A stretch of DNA of 53,708 bases from positions 1 to 53,708 of the forward strand of contig CAZXLU010000002.1 of NCBI GenBank assembly GCA_964641875.1, given 5' to 3'. The number at the start of each line of letters is the position of its first letter. Positions within the stretch are counted from its first letter, which is position 1. The notes below the pieces were generated by a model. It was not told the DNA's origin and made no database searches. It saw only the letters and a program-made list of their open reading frames with translations. This DNA is from Candidatus Woesearchaeota archaeon (GTDB lineage Archaea > Nanobdellota > Nanobdellia > Parvarchaeales > Parvarchaeaceae). Shown here in pieces: positions 26,618 through 35,125 of the stretch. A program made the position numbers and the translations under genes.

Positions 26618-28975
26618 ATGAACAAATTGCTTTTAACCGTTGTATCTATAGTTTTTATAGTTTTTTTATTTTCTAGTGTAAATGCACAGGCTCCCCCACC
26701 TACAACTTCAGTTTCTTCAAATGGGTTTTCTTTAGGGCCTTTATCAAATGTAAATTCTTCAATTTACGCAGCTTTCTTTGCGATAGTCCTTTTCATTGTA
26801 TTTGCTATAGCTTTAGACAGAACACAGCTTTCCAGCGGTAGAATAGCAATTTCACTAATTTTGGGGCTAATAACTTTTTTTGTGCTGTATACTAATAGTA
26901 CATTACTGCATTTCTTCTTGAATACTTTCATAGTGTTAGCATTTATAGCATTGATACTTGGAATGCTTGCGGCAGTTAAATCCCCCAGGTCTATAAAACT
27001 TATCGGTTTGGTGGTTGCTTTATTTTTAATATACATCCTCTTTGCAAACGATTCTGGGCTTACTAATTTTATAGATTCATTTTTACATATTGATATACTT
27101 CAGATACTGCCACTAATATTAGGGGCAGTAGCTATTCTCACCATAATTATTCTTATTTTAAGGGCTATGAGAAATCATAAAAGTATAGGATTACGCGCGG
27201 TTCTTGCATTTATAATTTTAATGATGATAGTTTTGCTTATACCAGGTTTTGCAAGTTTCTTGTTTAATCCAGTAATATTGATAATCTTGACTATTCTGAT
27301 AATTCTTGTTATAATAGCGATTTTCTACTTTGGTAGGCGTCATCCAAGAGGTCCTAGAGATATAAATGGATATAAAAAACCTTCAAAAGAGGCAAAATTG
27401 CAAAATAAAGTTTTATCATCAATAAATGATAGGAAGGCGGCAAATGCTGATGTATTAAAGGAATATAAAGAATTAATTAATAAAGGAAATTTAACGCCGA
27501 ATGAGCAGCTAAGAGTAGCACAGCTTAAAAATAAACTGGCAAATGAAGCGTGGAAGAATGTAGCTGACAGAACAAAGCTTACACAAGTTCAGTACTCTAA
27601 AAGCCAGCTTTCCAATAATAGGGACTTACAAAAACTAACAGGTTTCTTCTCAAGAAATCAGGCTTTGAGAGATTTGAAATCAGAAGCAAAGAAAAACTAT
27701 AAATTATCATGGTCAGAGAGGAGGGCGCTAAAAAACAGGGAAAGGTTTATAAAGAACTCTGAGAATCCTCAAGCAGGCGATATATTTGATCTAGCAAATT
27801 CAGTTAGAAATGGTAGTTTAGGCAATATCCCTTCAGAGAAGGCTGCGAGGAAGATATTTGAAAGGAGGCTATCCAAAGAAGCAAGGAATAAAGACGTATC
27901 AAGTTTGCTGAATGAAAGAAATAAAATTTTAGATCCATCGCTTAATTTATCAGATTCTACGAGACGTAAACTTTTAGCAAAGCTTGATAAAGACCTACGT
28001 AAAGTTTCTCCCAATATATCTCCTGATAAAATAAATCAGAAAAGGCTTATAAAGGAACAAAAAGAACAGTTAAGACAGGAGATGCTTGAAGATAAAAGAC
28101 TGCAAGAAGCGCAATTGGAAGCTGCTAGGAAAAATGCTGAAAAAGAGAGGCAAAGAATGTCAGAAGAACAATCTAAATCAGAAGGTGGAGCTCCTAATTC
28201 AAGCAGTGGGCCTGGTAACAAAGATAATGAGCATTTCATAATACCAGCAACAGGATTAAAGAGCGGCAGAAGCTTTTTCAGGAAAGGGATTAAAGGAGTC
28301 AAAGGCGGACCATTCGCTAAAAAAGCAGACATAGAACAATTCAAAAATGATAACCCTCCACCATCTCTGTTTCTAGAGGTTGGGGGTATAAATAATGGAA
28401 TGGAAAGAAATGGAATGTCAGAAGAACAATCTAAATTAGCAGAAGCAGGTAAGCAGCAAGAAGAATTAGTGGAAAATAAGTCAGAAAATTTAATAGGATT
28501 TGAAACTGAAAGAGGCTCTAAATACACATATTCAGATAATAAAGTATTAAGAAATAAGTATGATGGTACAAAAGATGAATGGACGTTAAATGTTTTTGTA
28601 CCACCATACGAAAAATTAGATGAAAAAACAAAGGATAAACTTAGGAGGGTGTATAACGTAGATAATAAGGCCTTATACGAGAATCTTCTAGCGGATTTTG
28701 TGTATGATTATTCGCCTCGTATTGGCTATTTTGAAAACGGGGAATTTCATCCAATTAAAAGTGATGAAGATGCAAAAGGAAAAGATATTTACTTTGTAGC
28801 TTTATTTAAAGATGGCGATAAGAAAGGTAAATCAGCATTTACTGTTAAAGTAGATAAACAGCCTGAGGTCGGTTATTTCCCTTATCAAGAAAATCATCTA
28901 GAAGCAGAGAAAACCCACAAGTACTTAAAGCATTTAGGAGATAAAGTATTAAAACTCATAAAGAAGAACAAATAA
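26618..28975 (+). CDS. Orphan 785-aa protein: signal peptide, polytopic membrane domain, long basic coiled-coil, Gly/Pro-rich linker, C-terminal globular domain
   Basis: Signal peptide ending VNAQA-PPPTT, about 7 TM helices to aa 240, and a K/R/E/Q-rich heptad-like region at aa 260-510. C-terminal domain FETERGSKYTYSDNK...VGYFPYQENH. No family motif recognised. Confidence 0.7.
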   Translation: MNKLLLTVVSIVFIVFLFSSVNAQAPPPTTSVSSNGFSLGPLSNVNSSIYAAFFAIVLFIVFAIALDRTQLSSGRIAISLILGLITFFVLYTNSTLLHFFLNTFIVLAFIALILGMLAAVKSPRSIKLIGLVVALFLIYILFANDSGLTNFIDSFLHIDILQILPLILGAVAILTIIILILRAMRNHKSIGLRAVLAFIILMMIVLLIPGFASFLFNPVILIILTILIILVIIAIFYFGRRHPRGPRDINGYKKPSKEAKLQNKVLSSINDRKAANADVLKEYKELINKGNLTPNEQLRVAQLKNKLANEAWKNVADRTKLTQVQYSKSQLSNNRDLQKLTGFFSRNQALRDLKSEAKKNYKLSWSERRALKNRERFIKNSENPQAGDIFDLANSVRNGSLGNIPSEKAARKIFERRLSKEARNKDVSSLLNERNKILDPSLNLSDSTRRKLLAKLDKDLRKVSPNISPDKINQKRLIKEQKEQLRQEMLEDKRLQEAQLEAARKNAEKERQRMSEEQSKSEGGAPNSSSGPGNKDNEHFIIPATGLKSGRSFFRKGIKGVKGGPFAKKADIEQFKNDNPPPSLFLEVGGINNGMERNGMSEEQSKLAEAGKQQEELVENKSENLIGFETERGSKYTYSDNKVLRNKYDGTKDEWTLNVFVPPYEKLDEKTKDKLRRVYNVDNKALYENLLADFVYDYSPRIGYFENGEFHPIKSDEDAKGKDIYFVALFKDGDKKGKSAFTVKVDKQPEVGYFPYQENHLEAEKTHKYLKHLGDKVLKLIKKNK
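28155..28178 (+). repeat. 24-nt perfect direct repeat, copy 1 (gaatgtcagaagaacaatctaaat)
   Basis: Identical to 28413-28436. In-frame, encodes MSEEQSK. Confidence 0.9.
28413..28436 (+). repeat. 24-nt perfect direct repeat, copy 2
   Basis: Identical to 28155-28178, offset 258 nt (86 codons). Confidence 0.9.
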
Positions 28976-29312
28976 ATAATCAAAAGAGATAATCCCAACT
29001 AAATTGTAGATCTCGCTGTTCCAAAAATTTTCCTGGTAAGTAAGGCAAAATAACCCTAGAAACCGGCAGACATAACAGGAAATTGTGATCGAGGGCTTAA
29101 AAAAGCACAATAGAAAGCGCAAGAAAGCTAGATTACCTTGAATCTGACAGTGCATTTGATAAAAAGATAGCTTAATGTCTCACAAAAGAATTAAAAAGAT
29201 CGATTAGTGTTTGTAAAAAATTACCACAAAGAAATACCAAATAATAGACAAGAAGCAAAAGGAATATTTATTTATTCCACCATTTTATTCTTAGGTTATT
29301 ATACTTTACTTA

Positions 29313-29385
29313 GGGCTCGTGGCGCAATTGGCAACGCGCTCCCATGGCATGGGAGAGACTACGGGTTCAAATCCCGTCGAGTCCA
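29313..29385 (+). tRNA. tRNA-Ala (anticodon GGC), no encoded CCA
   Basis: Manual fold: acceptor GGGCTCG/CGAGTCC with the G3:U70 Ala identity pair, anticodon stem CTCCC/GGGAG with loop ATGGCAT, T-arm ACGGG-TTCAAAT-CCCGT, discriminator A. Confidence 0.9.
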
Positions 29386-29445
29386 TTAATTTTATTGTTT
29401 AGTTATTACTATGGTAGAAAAGCAATGTTTTAGATTATTTTTAAA

Positions 29446-29982
29446 TTAATTGCTTATTTTTTCTATCATTCTTATTTCAGTAGCTCTTGTTGGGTAAATT
29501 TTGCTTAGTTTTTTGTGCAATTGGTTTTGCACCTTCCCGGCAAGAACATCTAATACTAATTCCTTTAGATTTCTTTTATCTGCAATAGAATCTAGGAATT
29601 CATTTGCTTCTTCTCTTACGAATTTTTTATAGCGATTTTCAGCCTTGTTTATCATTATAACGGCTTTTATAGCAAATGTTTTTTCATTAATCTTTAATTT
29701 TCTTACAACTTCTATTTTAGATGAATTGTGCCTCACCATCCTACCAACTTGGTCTCTTGAAAGAACTAATGATTCTAGTTGGGCATTCGCTGAGTTTTCA
29801 GCAGATGATATTACCCTGAAACCTAGTTTAAATCCAGGTTTTGTTTTTATTTCTTTTATTTCATTGGCGTTTATAAGGATTTTTCTGTTAGTTATATTGG
29901 TTTCATTTCCATATATGGAACCTATCTCCGTATTGTCAAAATCAATAGCTCTAACCTTGTACCATGAATTTGGTTGATTCAT
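29446..29982 (-). CDS. rps3ae: 30S ribosomal protein S3Ae (eS1)
   Basis: WYKVRAIDFDN start and overall eS1 pattern. There is a 4-nt overlap with S15 upstream. Confidence 0.82.
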   Translation of the reverse strand: MNQPNSWYKVRAIDFDNTEIGSIYGNETNITNRKILINANEIKEIKTKPGFKLGFRVISSAENSANAQLESLVLSRDQVGRMVRHNSSKIEVVRKLKINEKTFAIKAVIMINKAENRYKKFVREEANEFLDSIADKRNLKELVLDVLAGKVQNQLHKKLSKIYPTRATEIRMIEKISN

Positions 29983-30404
29983 AACTTAACCACCAATCTT
30001 GCAGATTCTAAAGAATATTTATAATCTACTGGTAAAACTTTGTTTTCTTTGTAATAATTTATCAATCTCTTTATTCTATTTTCAAGAACAACCAAACTTC
30101 TTATAGAGTGTTTGTCTTTTTTCTGTTTGTCTACATGCATGTGTAATTTTACCGCCTTTTTGTATAATGCTATCAAATCCTCAGGCAATTCTTCATTTAT
30201 CTCTCTTTCCTTTAATATCTTGCTGATATTCTTTTTTGTTATCTCTTTTACCGAAGGGATACCATACTGGTCTCTTAATATTATGCCTATTTGTGATTTG
30301 GTCATGCCTTTTTTGTATTTGTTAATTATAAGCTGTTCCACCTCTTCAGGCTTATAATTCAGCCAGTGCGGCACGAACCTATTTTTAACGTTAATAACTT
30401 TCAT
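29979..30404 (-). CDS. rps15: 30S ribosomal protein S15 (uS15, S13e type)
   Basis: PHWLNYKPEEVEQLI...GMTKSQIGIILRDQYGIPSVK and C-terminal HSIRSLVVLENRIKRLINYY. Confidence 0.9.
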   Translation of the reverse strand: MKVINVKNRFVPHWLNYKPEEVEQLIINKYKKGMTKSQIGIILRDQYGIPSVKEITKKNISKILKEREINEELPEDLIALYKKAVKLHMHVDKQKKDKHSIRSLVVLENRIKRLINYYKENKVLPVDYKYSLESARLVVKL

Positions 30405-30987
30405 TGTACCTTCTCCTCCTTTCTATATCTTTAAGATGAGTATCTATTCCTTTAAATTCTTTTCTAATATATATTTTGTATTCATCTAAGAATTTGGAGT
30501 ACGCTTCTTTGTATAAGTCATTATGCTTTGATTTTAATGCGTTTTTAAACAAAAACAAATCACTTGCAATATCCTCGTCTTTTCCAGAATAGTAGCTTAA
30601 TCCAAAATCTATTAAGAATATCCCTTCCTTATTTTTAACCATATTTGCAGTGGTTAAATCACCGTGTATTACTCCCACATTGTGCATTTCTGCTACAACT
30701 CTACCGATTTCACTTGAATCATTTATTTCAAATTGTTCAGATAATCTTTTACCGATTATCTTTTCCATGTTTATTTCTTTTTTGTTTTCTTCTATGCTAA
30801 TCGGTTTCGGAACTTTAACCCCATTTTCATACAGTTTTTTCATTATGTTGAACTCTGCTTTTGTTCTTCTTTTTCTCAATTTTTCATCTAAGTCTTTTAT
30901 TCTGTATCCTTTTCTTTTTCTTATCTTTACTATCGTGTTTCCTTTGTCCATTATAACTGCTTCAGATCCAATTGCAAGAACTTTCAT
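30391..30987 (-). CDS. bud32: KEOPS kinase/ATPase Bud32
   Basis: GSEAVI...KIRKRKGYRIKDLDEKLRKRRTKAEFNIMKKL, HGDLTTANM and IDFGLS motifs. Confidence 0.85.
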   Translation of the reverse strand: MKVLAIGSEAVIMDKGNTIVKIRKRKGYRIKDLDEKLRKRRTKAEFNIMKKLYENGVKVPKPISIEENKKEINMEKIIGKRLSEQFEINDSSEIGRVVAEMHNVGVIHGDLTTANMVKNKEGIFLIDFGLSYYSGKDEDIASDLFLFKNALKSKHNDLYKEAYSKFLDEYKIYIRKEFKGIDTHLKDIERRRRYNESY

Positions 30988-31679
30988 GATTTAATGAACA
31001 CCCTATCCCCATCATCCAATTTATGTGATAGTGCGACTCTTTGGCCCTGGAATTTTGCGCTGCTGCCGAATATCACAGCATAGGAGTTTTTTTTAACATT
31101 AAGATGCAATTTTTTTATTAAATCATTTATGGTATCTCCTCTTTTCATTGCCACGGCATCTGTTGAGTTTTCAGTGTATACTCCTATTACACCGAAATCC
31201 TTTAAAGCATCCTCCAAATTAATTTTTTCTGTAACCCTTTGAAAATTACAGAATTTTTCAATATTGTTTTTGGATAGTATTATCTCACTCTGAAGCAACA
31301 GATCTTTGTTTTTTTCAGGGTCGTGAATAACTATCATTTGTATTTGTATGTTGTTTATTTTTACTATTCCATATAATATATTTTCTATTCGCGTAAGTTT
31401 GAACATCTTTAGTATAGTATCAAAATTATAGCCTACTAATGAAACTCTAGGCCATCTTTTTCTTATTGCGGCTGTTTTATGTACAACTGGTTTGTGGCTC
31501 GCTTCTTTTCTTAAAAGCGAAAGCCGTCTTTTTAATGATCCAAATTCTCTATCAGTGCCTTTATGTTTTGGTAATATGACCATCATTCTTTTTAGAATTC
31601 TCTCTTTCTCCTCTAAATCCCTTTCCTTGCTGTATCTCTCCTCCAGCTCATAATATTCCTGCGGTGCATTCATTGGCAT
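30984..31679 (-). CDS. Truncated DRG/Rbg-like protein: DRG N-terminal helix, degenerate G domain, C-terminal TGS domain
   Basis: N-terminus ...LPKHKGTDREFGSLKRRLSLLRKE resembles the DRG NKATE.H.G.LKAKLA.LR segment. RVSLVGYNFDTILKMF replaces RVALVGFPSVGKSTLL, so there is no GKS. C-terminal GDTINDLIKKLH...AVIFGSSAKFQGQRVALSHKLDDGDRVFI is a DRG-type TGS. Confidence 0.65.
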   Translation of the reverse strand: MPMNAPQEYYELEERYSKERDLEEKERILKRMMVILPKHKGTDREFGSLKRRLSLLRKEASHKPVVHKTAAIRKRWPRVSLVGYNFDTILKMFKLTRIENILYGIVKINNIQIQMIVIHDPEKNKDLLLQSEIILSKNNIEKFCNFQRVTEKINLEDALKDFGVIGVYTENSTDAVAMKRGDTINDLIKKLHLNVKKNSYAVIFGSSAKFQGQRVALSHKLDDGDRVFIKS

Positions 31680-31680
31680 A

Positions 31681-32643
31681 TTATCTGTACATTATCTCCA
31701 TAGTGTCAGTTCTGAACCTAGGTTTTATATCTAAGCTAATCTGTTTGTAATCTTTCATCAAGTAACCGGTATAGGCTATCATAGCGCCGTTATCCCCGGC
31801 AAATTCCATAGGTATCGGGGAAAATTTAGCTTTTCTCTCATTGCACATTTTTTTACCCATCTCGTTTATCCTCTTATTAGCCGCAACTCCTCCGGTTATT
31901 ACTAAACTGTCTTTTTTACAGTAAGCCATTGCTCTTTCACTAGCCTCTATTAGCATTGAAAATACTGTTTCTTGCATAGAAAAAGCAATGTCCTCGTTTT
32001 TTTCTTTTCCAATGATCTTTGATATAAATGTCTCTATACCGGAAAAGCTTACATCCATTCCTTTTATACTGTATGGGATTTCAATGTATTTTTTACCATT
32101 CAATGCAAGTCTCTCAATTTCAGGGCCTGCGGGGAAAGGGATATTCATCCTTCTGCCTATTTTATCTATTAAGTTCCCTACACCTATATCCTGCGTTTCT
32201 CCGAATATTATATATCTACCATTATAATATGTTATTATCTGCGTGTTACCTCCGCTAACATATAACATAACTGGGTCATCCATCTTTGTATACAACCTAG
32301 CTATCTCTATATGGGCTATGCAGTGATTTACACCGATAAGCTTTTTATCGTATTTTTTTGAAAGAAATATAGATAATTGATAGCCTACTTTCAATGCTGG
32401 AGCTATCCCGGGGCCCTGTGAGAATGCAAAGAGGTCAATGTCCTTTAATTTTAAATTCGTCTTCTGTAATGCTTTTTTAATTAACATTGGGGCAACTTTA
32501 TAATGGTGTAGAGCTGCTTCATTTGGTATTATACCTCCGGATGAAGGTTTAAGTGTATCTTTTTCATTTGCAATAACTTTGTTATCTTCTGTTATACCAA
32601 CACCAAAAGTATGTGCAGTGCTTTCTATTCCAAGAGTATACAT
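31681..32643 (-). CDS. kae1: tRNA N6-adenosine threonylcarbamoyltransferase Kae1
   Basis: MYTLGIESTAHTFGVG start, HCIAHIE metal motif and GGVAANKR. The ATG at 32643 is chosen because the longer ORF to 32715 would overlap S27ae by 50 nt. Confidence 0.9.
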   Translation of the reverse strand: MYTLGIESTAHTFGVGITEDNKVIANEKDTLKPSSGGIIPNEAALHHYKVAPMLIKKALQKTNLKLKDIDLFAFSQGPGIAPALKVGYQLSIFLSKKYDKKLIGVNHCIAHIEIARLYTKMDDPVMLYVSGGNTQIITYYNGRYIIFGETQDIGVGNLIDKIGRRMNIPFPAGPEIERLALNGKKYIEIPYSIKGMDVSFSGIETFISKIIGKEKNEDIAFSMQETVFSMLIEASERAMAYCKKDSLVITGGVAANKRINEMGKKMCNERKAKFSPIPMEFAGDNGAMIAYTGYLMKDYKQISLDIKPRFRTDTMEIMYR

Positions 32644-32665
32644 TTTAGAATAAAGCAATGTAGCT

Positions 32666-32854
32666 TTATTTATTTTTTTCTTTCTTAATAAACTCTGTGT
32701 AACCGCAATGGCCACATGTCATTCTATCTTGATGCTGTGCAAGAAAAGTGCCTTCTCCACATTTTGGACAGGATCTATTCTTTCTTTCTAGAGTACTCCC
32801 ATTCACATTGTAAAGTTTCCAGATTTCACTCTTTTTTTGGCTCTTCTTTTCCAT
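32666..32854 (-). CDS. rps27ae: 30S ribosomal protein S27ae (eS31)
   Basis: Zinc ribbon [27 protein letters not shown]. Confidence 0.85.
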   Translation of the reverse strand: MEKKSQKKSEIWKLYNVNGSTLERKNRSCPKCGEGTFLAQHQDRMTCGHCGYTEFIKKEKNK

Positions 32855-33128
32855 TTTTTATCCCATTCTTTTCAAGTATATACCTTGGAAGCACTTTTAG
32901 TGCAGTATTCTTGTCTTTATAAATGTGCGCAATTCCCTTTGCTTCGCTTTTTCCGTATATGTTCTTTATTGTATATATCAATATATTTTCATCATTAACT
33001 TCTTTTTCCAGTTCTTTTTTAACGTCATCCAATTTTGCATTCTCCCCACTTTTAAGTTTTACAGTAAAGTTTATGACTTTTCTATCTAAATAAACATTTT
33101 CATTTTCTGAGTCTATCTTTATTTCCAT
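32826..33128 (-). CDS. rps24e: 30S ribosomal protein S24e (eS24)
   Basis: Pattern [14 protein letters not shown]...[33 protein letters not shown]. Confidence 0.85.
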   Translation of the reverse strand: MEIKIDSENENVYLDRKVINFTVKLKSGENAKLDDVKKELEKEVNDENILIYTIKNIYGKSEAKGIAHIYKDKNTALKVLPRYILEKNGIKNGKEEPKKE

Positions 33129-33314
33129 TTATCCCACCACAATAGCATATCTTCCGTTTCTGCTTATTTTCATTTCTTTTCCTATTAACGATTTTCCGCT
33201 ATCTGAAATTATTACAACTCCTTTCCATTTTGATGATAAATCATCACTTCCACATGCCGGGCATTTCTTTTCATCCGTTAAATAATTACATACTCTGCAT
33301 GCCTTAACTACCAT
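33129..33314 (-). CDS. spt4: Transcription elongation factor Spt4 (RpoE'')
   Basis: KACRVCNYLTDEKKCPACGS...KWKGVVIISD...GRYAIVV. Confidence 0.87.
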   Translation of the reverse strand: MVVKACRVCNYLTDEKKCPACGSDDLSSKWKGVVIISDSGKSLIGKEMKISRNGRYAIVVG

Positions 33315-33315
33315 A

Positions 33316-33849
33316 TCACTTTTTATTTGTCACCTTCTTTTTAGCACCTAACTTGCCTAATCCTATAGAACGCATAGTAAGTCCAACTTTCATGATCCCT
33401 TTTGTACTAACAGCAATTACACTTGCTAAAACAGTATCTCCTGTTTTTATACTCAATTTTGTTCTTCTTCCTGTTAAGGAATTTTTTGAGAAGTCAACAA
33501 AGTCATCCATAGTTTGTGATATATGTACAAGTCCATCAATCGGGCCTATATTAACAATAGCCCCCATCTCACTCACATTTGTAACTTGGCCTTTTATAGT
33601 TTCATGTAGTATAGGCGTGTAAGCTATTACCCTAAATACAGTATCATAGTATATTGAAGCATCATTTGGAATAATTATCCCCTCTTCTATTTTATCAATG
33701 CTTATTAACCCAATTATTAGGGCTTTTTCATCTATTATCCTACCTATATAGTCGTGTCTTATTATCTCTCTAACTGCTTCATTTCTATCTCCTCCTAATT
33801 TAGTAGGCTCTACTCTAACCTTATCCCTCAGCGTTACAATTTCGTACAT
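33316..33849 (-). CDS. rpoE: DNA-directed RNA polymerase subunit E' (Rpo7) with S1 domain
   Basis: MYEIVTLRDKVRVEPTKLG start and an S1-like GQVTNVSEMGAIVNIGPIDGLVHISQ. Confidence 0.9.
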   Translation of the reverse strand: MYEIVTLRDKVRVEPTKLGGDRNEAVREIIRHDYIGRIIDEKALIIGLISIDKIEEGIIIPNDASIYYDTVFRVIAYTPILHETIKGQVTNVSEMGAIVNIGPIDGLVHISQTMDDFVDFSKNSLTGRRTKLSIKTGDTVLASVIAVSTKGIMKVGLTMRSIGLGKLGAKKKVTNKK

Positions 33850-33931
33850 ATTGAATAATAGATTTGTGTATAGTATAAATATATTTATTTATCAGATTTA
33901 GAGAGAATATGTATTTAAATAGGTTACACTT

Positions 33932-34843
33932 ATGCCAAAAAAGATGAAAAAAGCGTTGATAATAGGAGCAGGCGCACTTGGCTCAGCATTCCTTTCAAGT
34001 ACTAAGGATGAATTCGATGAAATTACAATATTTGACGGAGATGTAATTTCAAAGGAGAACCTTAAAAATCAGCCTTTTTATAGAGATGCAGATTTTAATA
34101 AGATAATCTCAAAGGCCAATTTTGCTGCAGAAAAGATGAATTCTATTAATCCAAAGATAAAATATTATTCATACAATAAATATTTTACAAAAGAAAATAT
34201 TGAGTTTGTAAAAGACTATGATATAGTGCTTGATTTTACGGATAATATAAAAAGCAGATTGATAATTAATAAGGCAGTTGTAGAATTTGGCAAACCGACA
34301 GTTTTTGCATCAATAAATGAAAAAGAGCTTTTTCTTTTTTTCTATAAAGATACAAAGGCCTGCTTTAATTGTTTGATAAGAAACGCCAATGGGAGAATAA
34401 GAGAAGGTTGTGAATCACTTGTGTTACCCCCAAGTGAAAAGACAATTGATTTTATGCATGATAAAATAACAGATTTTATAATTGGCAAGATAAACGGCGG
34501 CGAACTTCAAGTTTTTAGTTTATATAATAAAAAGAATATTAATATAAAAATTAAAAAAGATGAGAACTGTGAGGAATGTTCTCTTCACTCTTTCAAAATA
34601 GCTAGCAATAGCGTTGTACAACTGTGTGCTTCAGGGTTAAAATTTTCTTTAGGAAGAGAAATTGATTTTAGACTACTAAAAGAGGAATTTAAAGATGGAA
34701 GAATTATAGATGAATACTTCATTTATAGAAATCGCGAAAAATCGGTAATAATATCAAGCAAAGGGGATTTTTTATTTACTGGTTATCAAATTCAGGAAGC
34801 AAAGCACCTAATTTCCATTCTTTTTGATAAGTATTCTAAATAA
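33932..34843 (+). CDS. ThiF/MoeB/HesA-family E1-like adenylyltransferase with two CxxC pairs and a ~90-aa C-terminal extension
   Basis: ALIIGAGALGSAF dinucleotide loop, DGDVISKENLKNQ (D.D.v..sNL.RQ-like), CFNC...CEEC. Confidence 0.72.
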   Translation: MPKKMKKALIIGAGALGSAFLSSTKDEFDEITIFDGDVISKENLKNQPFYRDADFNKIISKANFAAEKMNSINPKIKYYSYNKYFTKENIEFVKDYDIVLDFTDNIKSRLIINKAVVEFGKPTVFASINEKELFLFFYKDTKACFNCLIRNANGRIREGCESLVLPPSEKTIDFMHDKITDFIIGKINGGELQVFSLYNKKNINIKIKKDENCEECSLHSFKIASNSVVQLCASGLKFSLGREIDFRLLKEEFKDGRIIDEYFIYRNREKSVIISSKGDFLFTGYQIQEAKHLISILFDKYSK

Positions 34844-35089
34844 GAGAAACAGGCTAGAGCCGGTAAGAAAAGCAGCAGTCATTATTATTAATTCATCGTA
34901 GAGTTTTTGATGATAAATCAAGCTGCCGCCGAGTTTAATTCCATTGTATGTGAAACCATTTGAAGAAAGTTCAATGTAACTAAGTGCCACAGTTATCATT
35001 ATCATTAGTCCAATAATTGCTCCAACAATGGATAGTGCAAGAAGTGTTCTCTTTCCAATCTTGTATTCTGGTTTATTTTTCCGTTTCAT
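34808..35089 (-). CDS. Hypothetical small two-TM membrane protein
   Basis: Start set at MKRKNKPEYK (ATG 35089). This frees a 36-nt divergent promoter region, whereas the track start 35146 would overlap the next gene. Confidence 0.4.
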   Translation of the reverse strand: MKRKNKPEYKIGKRTLLALSIVGAIIGLMIMITVALSYIELSSNGFTYNGIKLGGSLIYHQKLYDELIIMTAAFLTGSSLFLLFRILIKKNGN

Positions 35090-35125
35090 ATAATTATTTA
35101 AATACTTTACAGTCATAATATTAAT

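Noticed and set aside
28036-28527. 163-aa minus-strand ORF, and 27769..28014 and 26764..27036 likewise
   Set aside because: They are antisense to the 785-aa membrane/coiled-coil gene. Ser/Leu-rich mirror frames of a Lys/Glu-rich coding region.
29085-29147. Possible C/D-box sRNA (GTGATCGA ... CTGA about 60 nt apart)
   Set aside because: The putative C box has an extra nucleotide relative to RUGAUGA, there are no clear C'/D' boxes, and there is no terminal stem. The evidence is insufficient.
29207-29389. 60-aa ORF (GTG start)
   Set aside because: It overlaps tRNA-Ala(GGC), so it is an artefact.
30984-31679. Interpretation of the kae1-bud32 intervening gene as Cgi121
   Set aside because: A KEOPS-operon position made Cgi121 attractive. 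However, the C-terminus is clearly a DRG-type TGS domain and the N-terminus matches the DRG leader helix, and I saw no resemblance to Cgi121.
32644-32715. Longer Kae1 N-terminus ([24 protein letters not shown]...)
   Set aside because: It would overlap the S27ae coding region by 50 nt. The conserved Kae1 N-terminus begins at MYTLGIE (ATG 32643).
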